From Raillietiella orientalis (Eukaryota), in NCBI GenBank assembly GCA_036172245.1, contig JAYWIR010000005.1, forward strand, positions 1,116,001 to 1,180,000: a stretch of 64,000 nucleotides of DNA, read 5' to 3'. A model generated the notes under the pieces. The model saw nothing but the letters and a program-made list of their open reading frames with translations, did no database searches and had not been told where the DNA came from. How positions within the stretch are numbered: position 1 is the stretch's first letter; the number at the start of each line of letters is the position of its first letter. This document shows, one piece after another, positions 36,226 to 46,549 of this stretch. The position numbers and the translations under genes were made by a program.

Positions 36226-37914
36226 TTTTCACCCGGGTTTCGCCGGGGCGTTCATTAAAAAATAAACCTTGACAAAGACGTGCTGTGGCTGGACCAATGC
36301 TCCAGCCACGCCCGAAGAAACAACACAGAGCCTGCCGGGCCACCGGTTCGCAGACCGGTACGGTCCACCACGGCAGCAGGGGGGAAGGGGGAAAGATAAA
36401 AAACTAAACAAAAAGAAAACAAAAAGTGGGAGGGTACGGGAAGGGATCACAGTAGCTGCTGGGGCCGCTGCATCCTTCGCAGGATGCCGGCAAGCTCTTC
36501 CTGAATGTTTGGATCCAGGTGGGGCCATCGCGTCGTCCACTCCAAAAATTCGTCGGTGCGCTGAATGGCACCCTTATCACGAGGACCTCCTCCCGCAGCC
36601 TTGCTCCAAGCGGCGACGATCCCGCGAAGGCAGCACAGGGCTGCTAACGAGGCCGCAGGCCGAAGGGCTTCGGCAACGAAGAGGGCTTTTATAGCGTCCC
36701 TGCGGTTGCCGCCGGGGATTCCGATGACCGCCGCAAAGCGTAGTCAAAGGGACCGAAGGGCAACACAATCCACAAGGAGGTGGGGGAGGGACTCCCGTTC
36801 CCCACACCTAACGCAATTTGGGTTCACCGCTCCCCAGGTCCAATGGTGTCGGCGGGCGTTGCACGGGAGTCCCCAGTGCTGCAACAGTAGAGCCGACTCC
36901 TGCCATTTTAAGGGGAGGGTGGAGGTGTTCATGAGCACCGGGGGCCACTTCAGACGTTCAATGGGAACATCGAGCAGCGCGCCCCAGCGCAGAAGTCCAT
37001 GGGGAGGCGTACTCGGGGTCGCAGCGTCCGTTAGCTGGCCCGTCTTCCACTCTCCTATCTTCCTCTCCCTTCCGGAGATTGTAACTGTAACCTCCCACTT
37101 CACCGCAACATCGCTGTCCAGATCTTCCACTAGGGAGGCCAGCGCAGCAGCGAGGGGGATTCTTCCTGCCCACGCTCTCTTCTTTGGATCCTCCAGGATC
37201 TCTCGGAGCGTGCAACTTTTATAGCTCCCAAACAGGAACCGTCGTTCCTGTTGGGCGCGTGGCATGCCGCTCTGTGCCCACGTGCGAACGGTTTCCTGCA
37301 ACCAGGCACTATCGTTCGCGGGGCGACAGGTGATCCATCCTTGATTTTCCCGAATCAAGGCTGCCACCCTCCGTAGCTGGAGCCCACATCGGTTGATGCG
37401 GGAGCGATGGAGTGAAAGAAAGGACGTGAGCCCCGTCTTGCCGGTGGCTTTCTTGACGAGGAGACGTTCAGGGACGCACCAGCAGGTGCTCCACAACTCC
37501 AGCACAAAGGCCATCATCCTGAACTGGAGCTGAAGCTCCAGCCGCTCCAGTCAAGAGCACGAGACCGTCGTCCTGACGCGGAGCGCACAAGTCCTTTAAG
37601 CGGACTCGGGCCCTCCCGTTGCCCCAAAGGGCGATACGGAGGAGGTCCTTTGTCCGCTTTTTAATCCTCTCTGTGGGGGGGCAAACAAAAAGCAGGGGGC
37701 GGAGGAGAGGAGCCGCGAACGTGTTCCAAACCGCGGTCCGTTCCGGCAGGAAAAACCTGCCGCCTTGGAACGGGCCGATCGTCGTCTCTACTTTTTGGAG
37801 GCAGCGCGACCACTCTTCCACAGGGGAATAGTCCCCAACGGCACACCAAGGTACTTGAAGTACCTCACCGTGGGGATCCCCAAGCGGACCCAGTCCTGCT
37901 GCCCTGCCCACGCC
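36226..37914 (-). mobile_element. Least-decayed 5'-truncated L1/Tx1-like LINE with a 13-bp target-site duplication
   Basis: TCCAAGCATTCGA occurs at 36213-36225 and 37915-37927. ORFs 37468..37923 and 36744..37517 cover the RT C-terminus to the CCHC knuckle with few lesions. The 3' terminus is complete. Confidence 0.92.
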
Positions 37915-39180
37915 TCCAAGCATTCGACTGCGTCCACCAGGATCTTCTGGAACTCCTAGAACGCATGGACTTCCCGGCCGCCTTAGAGGCCTACCTGCGC
38001 GCCTGCTGGCGCAATGCGATAATCACCGTTTCTTTCAGAGGACAAAACGTGTTCGGCGTGAAGGTAAGGCGCGGCATCCGGTAGGGCGACAGTCTGAGTC
38101 CCCTGCTCTTTAGCACCTATTTCGAACTGGTGCTGAGAGCATACAGGGTGACATTGACTGCCCTGCCGAGCTCGTGCCCAGGTACGCCGGCCGTGTCGGC
38201 GTTTGTTGACGATCTTCTGCTCCTGCTTCTCATGTCCGCGCCGGCTTCGGCAGTCGAGCATTTCTTTGACTTGCTGAGCTGCGAGACAGGACTACGGGTG
38301 AACAGGACGAAGTCGTCGCTGGTAGCGGTTGGTGCAACGTGGTCAGGACGACCTGATTGGATCCGCCTGGGGATCCCCACGGATAGGTACTTGAAGTACC
38401 TCAGCGTTCCGTTGGGGGACTTCTGCCAGTCAGAAGCCTGGTCAGGTCGTCTCCAGAAAGTGGAGTCGGCGATCGCCCGTTCCTGGAAGGCAAGTTTCAC
38501 TTGCCGGAACGGGCCGTGGTGTGGAACGCGTTTGCGGCTTCCCTCCTTCGCCCCCTGCTTTTTGTTTGCCCCGTACCCCGTGAGATCAAAAAGAGAACGA
38601 AGAACCTCCTGCGCATCGCCCTGTGGGGCGGCGGGAGGCCTCGTGTGCCTCTGGAGGATTTGTGCGCTCCACGTCGGGACGGAGGTCTTAGCGTCCTGAC
38701 GCTGGAGCGCGTGGAAATACAGCTGCAGTGGCGTACCTTGGCCATCGCGGCGAAGATGTGGAGCACCCCTTGGTGCGTTCCGCCCGCCTCCTCGTCAGGT
38801 GTGTGTCCGGGACCGAAGGACTCGCATCTTTTCTTCTGTGCCCCGGCTGAAAAATAAGAAGATGAGGCCTTCTCCTGGGACGCATGACCACCCTGGCAAA
38901 GGGGAACAGGTGGATGGCCTGCAGCCCCGCCAACTCCAGCGCATGGCTGGAAGAAACAGTTGGCACGTGGGCGAAGTTAAACCAGCCTAGTGGAGAATCC
39001 TGCAACCGCCTGAGCACCGGCATCTACACCCGCTGCACGCTGCGGAACATGATCGAGTGTCCGCCAGAAGCACTTGGGCGGCGACGACCCCACTGGCCAC
39101 GGCGCTTCCCGGGTCCACCCCGGCGTCTGCACTCGAGGATTTCTTCGAGTTGCTACGCCGCGGGACGAGCCTGGAGCGAA
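37915..39180 (+). mobile_element. L1/Tx1-like LINE reverse transcriptase core, decayed
   Basis: SK-AFDCVHQ, VRRGIR*GDSLSPLLF, SAFVDD (the YADD position), GLRVNRTKS, YLKYLSVPLG, LEDLCAPRRDGGL. Confidence 0.92.
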
Positions 39181-39189
39181 GGAATGAAA

Positions 39190-40865
39190 CAGGGTGAACA
39201 GGGCGAAGTCGTCCATCGTTTATGTCGACTCGGCGTGGGCTGGACGGCCGGACTGGATCCGCTTCAAGCACCTTGGCGTTCCGTCGGAGGACTTCTGCGC
39301 CGCAGAAGTCTGGTCCGACCGTCTCCAGAAGGCAACGTTGGCGATCGGCCCGTTCCATGAAGGTAAGTTTTCCTTGGGCCCCCTTCCTTCTCCCCCTGCT
39401 TTTTGTTTGCCCCTCCCTTCCCATCGTTCCAAAGCGAGCAGCGGGTTTCCTGGGGACAGCCCTGTGGGGCAAAGGAAGGTCCCGCGTGCGGTTAAAAGAC
39501 TTTTACGCTCCAAGTAGGGACGGTGAACTGGGCCTCCTTACGTTGGAGCGCATGGAACTTCAGCTTAGCTTGCGGACTCTCACCCTTGCGGCCGAACTTT
39601 GGAATACGCCCTGGTGCGTCCCAGCACGCCTCTTAGCCCAACGAGCCTCAGGCTTCGGCGGACTCTCGTCGTTCCTTGTGACGCGCGACTGCAGGCTTAC
39701 GCACTGCAGGCCTCAGCTGCGTCTCATGGCCGTTGTGGTTTGGGAGAACGCCTGGATCTCCTGCCTCCCAGCCAACCGCTCCGCATGGCTGCGGGAGTCA
39801 GTTTCGACGTGGGAAAAGATCCAGTCCCGAGCGGTACAAAAAACACTTGCTTTCGAAGGCACGCTTGCTGGACGCTGCAGGAGATCGTGCAATTCCATGA
39901 CAAGCTGCTGTGGGCTTTGATTACCCCCTTGCCCCAGTGCTGTCCTCCCTGGTGAACTCTAGGGACAGCAACGTGGAAAGTGGAAAGTGTCCTGAGTATC
40001 ATTGACGGCAGGGCCCAACCGATCAAGGAGTCGGCATCTCGGCGGCTAGCGGACGCTGCGACCCCGAGTGTCCCGTCCAACGGACTTTTACGCTGGTGCG
40101 AGCTACACGCATTACCTCAGAGGAGAAGAAGTGGCCCCCAGCGTCTTGGAACAGTGGCTCCCTCCCCATGAAGTGGCAGGATGTGGCGTTGCTCGTCTTG
40201 CATTGAGGACTCCCGTGAAAAGCACACTTCACTCACTGGACATGTGGAAGTGTGGATGCCCTTTGTGACCGCTGCGGAGAGAAAGAGACTTTCCCGCACC
40301 TTCTCGTAGGCATTGCCCTCCGTCCCCGCTGGAATCGTCTTGAGACGGTCCTGAACATTGGTGGAGGCGACCACAGGGACATTTTCAGGCACCTCATCTC
40401 GCGTGCTGTCCTGCCTCCGGCCGAGTCTGTAGCAGTGCTGTGCTGCAATCGCGGAATCGTGGAGGCATGGAACGTGTCCAGAAGAGCACAGAATGGCAGG
40501 GATGCCATCCATTGAACTCTCATCTTCGTGCGAAATGTATCCAGGTGGCCCCACCTGGGCGCAAGCAGGACACAGCTTACTAGGATTCGGAACAGAATCT
40601 AAAGGACCGATTTGCGCGCAGTGTGATCCCTTCCCCTCCCTCCCCACCCCTAGACATTTGTCTACTCCCCACGTTTCACTTTTTGTTTCTTTTTGTTTAC
40701 TTTATTCCTACCCTCGCGCGTTGGATGGACCTCGCCGGTCTTTGCACCGGCAACCAGCAAGCTGTTGTGACGTGGTGAGCCCTTGGGTTCACCACGAGAA
40801 AATGTATTTTCTATGAATTAATAGTATTTTTATTTTCATAAATAAATGCCCCGGCATATCCGGTG
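39190..40865 (+). mobile_element. Second tandem L1/Tx1-like LINE, 5'-truncated, with complete 3' terminus
   Basis: Restarts at RVNRAKSS, then FKHLGVP and CDRCGEKETFPHLLVG. AATAAA at 40841 plus terminal hairpin. Confidence 0.9.
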
Positions 40866-41423
40866 ATAATCTAAGGCACTGAGCCGATGTAGCGGACGCG
40901 CCTTGTCTCAGCGTCTCCGGTTGCCGGTGAACAGGAGCACCTCGGGTGAAAGCACGATGGGAGGATGAAGAGGGAATGACCGGTGAAGGAAGACGAGAGC
41001 GCGACCAGATGGACTGGAACGCGGCGTGAGGGAGGGGAGACAGAGCGATAGAAGGCCGGGGTGGGATGGCAGACGCGGGATGAGGAGGAACATGCAGCCC
41101 GCTCGCAGCCGGGGACGGGAGAAAACGGCGGGAGAACAGAAAAGAAGGGCGGAAGTGGATGGGTGGGGCGTGTGATGACGCAAGAATGGAGAGATACCGC
41201 GGAATGGGAAGAGGGCGGCGACACTATGCTCCTTCTTCACCCCAAAGGCCCACGCCCTCCTTTGCACCAGAGCGGTCCACGGCAAAGAATGCTCGTGAGC
41301 GACGCTCCTCAGGTTCTCGCCCTTCCCCTGGGCGTGGCGAGCGAACAGGAGGAACATGCGTAACCAGGAAGATGAAAAGAGGGTTTTTGCCTCCAGAAAT
41401 GCTGGAGGCAAAAATCTGCGGAA

Positions 41424-41558
41424 TCTCCTCCTCCTCCCTCTTCTCCTTCCTCCCTCTCCCCTTCTCCTCCTCCTCTTTCTCCTCCCCTCTCCCCTTTTCC
41501 TCCCTCCCTTCCTCCTCCTCCCTTCTTCCTTCCTCCTCTTCCTTTCCTCCCTTCCTCC
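41424..41558. repeat. Pure pyrimidine (CT-rich) low-complexity tract, about 135 nt
   Basis: No purine on the + strand across the interval. Confidence 0.9.
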
Positions 41559-42094
41559 ATCCGCTCAAAGGGTCCCTCCCTCGACCACCGACCGCTTCGT
41601 CGTCCGGTAACGAAACTGCCGCGCTACACCGTCCTCTTCCTCCCTTCCTCCTGCACAAGGTGCCCCCGCCCGTTGCGCCCATTCCTTCTGATGCTCCTCA
41701 ACGCTCCCCGAGTCCGCTCCTAGTGACCCTCCTCCCGCGGGGTTCCTTTACCACTCTCATCCCCAAGGTCACGGAGGATGACCTCGCCGCTCCGATCGTG
41801 GTTTCGGTTTTCTTCCGGGAGCACCCGACCGACCAACTCCACTTCCTCGTTGCCGTGGAAACGGAGGAAAGGAGGGCGTGGATGGAGCTCATCCTTGGGC
41901 GTGCTCCTCCTTTGGTCGAAGGCTCATCCCACTTCCTGCGCTCTCCCTGTTCCTGGTGCAACCGAAGACCCCCAGCCTTCCTTCGAAGGGTGAAGGGTAG
42001 TAGAGGCGGTGGAGGAACCACCCCACCAGCAACCACCCCCTGGATTTTGTGACCTGTCGCGTGCCATCTTTCTTTCGTGCTTTCTTGCCGCCTC

Positions 42095-43383
42095 TCACGT
42101 CGTCTCCAAGGGAGGTGAAGGAGCGCGCCTGCCACTCTGCTTCTCGAAGAGGAGGACGCGCGCCAGGCGGCACCCTCCCCGGACGGTGACCCTGACCACG
42201 CGGGAGCACCTGACCGCGAAGGCCAGTCGGCAGTACTCGTCCACGTCCATCCACAGGGCGTTCCATCCGGGGCGCAGGCGTAGAGGGAAGCAGCACATCG
42301 CCCCGGAGACCGAGGCCTGTGACGCGAAGCTCCTGGCCCGCAGGACGCGCCTCCCGCCGCGACGGTCCACGACCACCGCCTCCACCTCCAGTCGGCCGCC
42401 GACGTCCTTCACGACCAGCAGGAAGACTGGGAAGCGCGACCCGAGCTCCTGCCTGAGGACATCCGGAGGGAGCGCCCGCGTTAACTGCGGGGCTGCTGCA
42501 GGGGGAGGGTCTCACCTCTCGGACCAGGGGCAAGAGACGCATGCGCGCCCACCGCCCCGCGTCGCCCCGCCCATCTGCAGCACCCGGCGCCCGAGCTCCT
42601 CGTCGTGGACCAGGCAGACGAGCCCCCGGTCCACGGCCATCCGCCACCGCGGGTGGCTCCTGGCTCCGGCGCCACAGTCTAAGAGCACGTGGTAGCGGGG
42701 ACCGGCAGTCGGGATCAGTCTGGGCAGGAGGTCTTCCTCGTCCGGGTCTGCGGAGGAGGAGCAAACAGGCGAGTAGGGGGCAAGGGATCGGGTAGGCGGC
42801 CCCCGGCGCGCTAGTAGGAACAGGGTCAGCCGGCAACCCGATGCCCTCACCGGAAGTTGCCAGTAGTGCGCCCACTGCCACCTCACGGCCCTGACAGGAT
42901 GACCGAAGGTGATCAGAGCAGGGCGGCGCGGGAACGCGCGACCTCTGTTCTCGGTTGCGGGATCGGGAGGGACTGGAGACATACATGGCGTTCGGGTGTC
43001 TCTATGAGGAAGCTCAATGGCGTTCGAGTGTTCTCGCAGGGGAGGAGGAGGAGATGTGCGTTCCGCGAAAGAGTTTTCTTCCCTTCCCCACGATCTGTCG
43101 GGACGCCCGAGCCAGGGATGCAGAACGGCAGATGGGTAGTCTGGGCAAGGTGACCCGCGCGGTGCTCTGCAGGAGGGGGCGTGGAAGCGTCCCTCGGGCT
43201 ACGATCCCGCTTGGACGGTCCCCTACGCTTGCACTTGTCGGGCACCTCGAGGGCGTCCCCGTGGTACCAGGCAGATCTGGCAGGGGCTGGGCAAGAAAGG
43301 GTACGGCCCGCGGAGGCTGAGGGCGAGAGACGCGCCCTGCGTAGACAGCAACAGCCTCCTCCCTCACGCCGCATCTTCTCCAT
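42095..43383 (-). CDS. CFAP20-like: Divergent CFAP20/BUG22 (DUF667) domain protein, 4-exon model, about 356 aa
   Basis: Exons 43383-42943, 42890-42851, 42747-42516 and 42452-42095 are all GT-AG and phase-consistent. The last two exons give WRMAVDRGLVCLVHDEELGRRVLQMGG...VSCPWSERQELGSRFPVFLLVVKDVG...EAVVVDRRGGRRVLRARSF...CCFPLRLRPGWNALWMDVDEYCRLAF...VRVTVRGGCRLARV. This is colinear with CFAP20 as I recall it (WDKKVRNGHIKRITDNDI...ITCP...LGIKLPFLVMIIKN...RRRFRASNY...CTMPMRLDDGWNQI...LRVQIHANCRIRRV). The first two exons are less certain. Confidence 0.8.
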
Positions 43384-44231
43384 CCCTGCATTTTTTTTTT
43401 TCTTCGCCTGGTTCCCGGGAATTTTTCCTGCGATCAAATTCCCAGCTGGCACCGGCAGGGAAGGCAGATAACCTCCACTACCTCCGGTGGCAGTGAGCGT
43501 GCCGGCCGCCACCATGGGAACCGCCTCCTCCCACCGATGGCACACAGGACGCGTGCGGCGCGTGATCTACTCCCTCACACACCTCATCTGCCTCACAGCG
43601 GTCCGTGAGCGCCGTTGTCCCCGTCTCCAACCCACTCTACTCCTTCCATGCCCCTATTCCGGACCCCCAAACTCCCGAGCGCAAGGTAACGACCGCCGCT
43701 GGCAGAGGACCGATGCCTCCCCTCGGGCAGAGCCGAGGTCACTCCATGCCCACAGGAAAAGGACTGATCCCGGGGAGAGCGGCCAACGCAGCAGACCCAG
43801 AGGTGAATCGCCTACTCTGAACGCGCGCGCACGCCGCCCGGAGGAAACCCGCGTTAGCCGATCGGGCCGCGGTCCTCAGTCGAGGCGAGGCATCGATTCC
43901 TACTCCCCCCCAGTAGGTAGTAAAACATCCAGAGAATAAGGAGGGGAGGTCGCCTCTTCGCGCTGCCGTCGCCGCGGATCCTCCTAGCGCTGGCACCCTG
44001 CGCCGAACGCAGCGCTTCCTCCGTGAGAGCAGGGAGCTGCCCTTCGCTGTTCGGCAAGCGCCTGCGGGCCGGAAGCTCGCCGGCTTCTCGGTACTCCCAG
44101 GGCCGAAGCACGTGGTTCACACAACGTTGGGGGCTCGAGGGCAGCAGGCGAGTTCGCCGCGACGGGCCTCTGGACGTTGCCGTAACCCTCGTGCTGTGGG
44201 CGCGAACGCTTCCGTTCCCGCCATTCCCATC

Positions 44232-44260
44232 AGCCAATCATAACGCGGGCTTACCAATCA
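44232..44260. promoter_or_regulatory. Pair of CCAAT boxes 20 bp apart, at the edge of an AT-rich block upstream of the CFAP20-like gene
   Basis: AGCCAATCA (44232) and TACCAATCA (44252). Function is inferred only. Confidence 0.25.
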
Positions 44261-45354
44261 CCGCCACCGCCATCTCTAGAACAACGTGCATACCCTCCGA
44301 GGAGTGAGCATGCTCCTTTTTTCGACCCCAACGGAGGCTTCCGATGCAGAATTTACCAATTTCAGGCAAGAATTTAGAATTGGGGCGCGTGAATAGAATG
44401 TACTAAATGTACTGTTTTCCGTTCGTGCCATGTGAGAATCCTTCCAAGCCTATGCACCTTAAGGCAGGCTATTTGCAGCCCGTAAAGCACAAGGTGCCCC
44501 AAAGATCTTTGCTACCATGGTGTTCTTTTGGACAAATTATACGTAAAAACGGAATCGAAGGGCCATTGTGAACATAATTTTTTTAATCCTCTCAAATGCA
44601 TCTCCATGTGTGAATTTAGATGCTTGCCCAAATGGGAACGTGTGGTAGGCGCTCGTGTTCCGCGTTATACGAGCCTTGTGGGTTATCCGTGAATAATAGC
44701 ATAGCACTTATGAAAGATACGAATGCATCTCAAACTGTAAGCTATTTAGTATTTCACTTTAAAAGCAAAAGTGAAAAAGATTAAGAGTGCTTATTTCATA
44801 TTGCAATTAATGTAAACGATTCAATCGTTTCAGCTCTATCGATCTCGTAGAAAAAAAATGCACCTCGCGGCATTTTATTTATGAAAATTTGAATTCAACC
44901 TGTTCAAATCACGCGTTCACGTGTTTTTTTTTTTTTTTAAAGATAAAACTTCACAGACACTTGACTACGAAATTCCAGTTTATCCAGAGTGTAGTAGTGG
45001 TGGTACAGCGCGTTATACCAGCGTGGTCGCCATTGCTTCGTCGCATCAGAGACTCCGCGTTATACGGGGGCCTGCTGTGCGTACACATTGGTGTGTGTGC
45101 GTGCGTCTTTTTCAGAGTGTTTTCCCTGGTCCTTACGTGGTGTTCCGACAAAGAGAGGTGTTGCTGTGTGTAGCGCGCGCGCGTCCCGCCTCGAAAAGGA
45201 TCAGCACAGTCCACAAATGCGTACCCTACTGACAAAAAGGAAGAACAAGGCTCGAGATTTGGGAATTCGTATCCCTGGAAAGAATAGGTTCGTGAAGATC
45301 AGGTTTATCCCGGGACTCCGTGCGCTCCATCCCGGCGGCGGGGTTTGCTTTTTC

Positions 45355-45790
45355 TCGGTTCGCGAAGCACTCGAAGGACCGTTCGCCTAGGAGCTCTTTC
45401 GAACTCCAGCCGAGCGGTATCACTCTTCAAGGATGGGGGTAACCCGGGAGGGGACCGAACCATGGATCCAGGGAGGACTCCGGAGGGAGGGAGTCCGTTC
45501 CTCTTACGCTTGGGACGGAAACCCCGAAGGGAACCTCCGCCGTGGTTGTCTCCGAAGGGACTCAGAAGGAAATCTCTTCCTCTTTCCCTCCGGGACGACC
45601 CCCGGAGGTGGCTCTTCCTTTCTTGTCCGAAGGGAACCCGGAAAGGATCCGCTCCTGGTTTCCTCCTCTGGGAAGGGAGCCCGAAGGGAGCAGCGCCGCT
45701 TCTTGACACTGCAGAGGTGACCCCCCGAGGGGGGTATCAACGGCTCCCTTTTCACAAACCCAGAGGGGAACCCTGAAGGTCCCCGTGATT
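45355..45790. repeat. Dispersed hairpin-rich repeat, copy 2 (inverted relative to copy 1)
   Basis: Same shared blocks as copy 1; many CCGAAGG units. Confidence 0.75.
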
Positions 45791-46508
45791 TGCAGAAGGA
45801 CACTGGAGGTGAACTCTCCCAATCCCGGCCAGTCAGAGGGGGCGTTTGGTTTCCGGCTGCTTCCAGCAATGCTGCACCCGAATAGGCCAACCAGCGCCGT
45901 CCTGCGGGGGGAGACTCGAAACCCACGGCGCACCCCCCCATTTCTCGGCGCCGATCGTTCCCTCTGGCGGGATTCGAACCCGCGACGCCCGGTACCGCCA
46001 ACGCGGGTGTGGCAGTCCCGGCGATGAGCAGCGCCTTCGTCGCAGGGAGCTGTAGGTTAGCGACTTGGGTCGGCGACCTGCACCTCGGGGCAGGAGGCAC
46101 GCCGTGCGAATGTCCCACGAGCATCCTGCAGCGTGAGAACTTCCCGGGCGCCGTTCCCGGCGAGACGGGCAGGGGAGTGCTGGTAGTCCTGTTCTTCGAA
46201 GAACAGCGTCTTCCGAAAGTGACTCTCTTCTTCCCGTCGATACTTCGCGTCTTCGGAAATCTTCCCAACTTTGTGGTTGCCTAGCTGCCACTCATCCCCC
46301 CCCCCCCTCTCCCAAAGCAAAAAAAACGCGCAATCCAAAGTGCTATCGACCAACGGCGGCACACGTGCAGACACCGTTGGTTCACATGCGTTAGACCCAA
46401 GCTGCGAGTCAAACGTCGAAGAAGCCTCCCACTGGAGTGGCAGATTTTTCTTGAGCTCGGTCCCAGTGACGTCGATGCACGGAAGTTCTCGAAACACAAA
46501 AAGGTGTT

Positions 46509-46509
<1 letters not shown>

Positions 46510-46549
<40 letters not shown>
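46510..46549. repeat. Compound (CT)n(GT)n microsatellite
   Basis: Read directly from the sequence. Confidence 0.9.
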
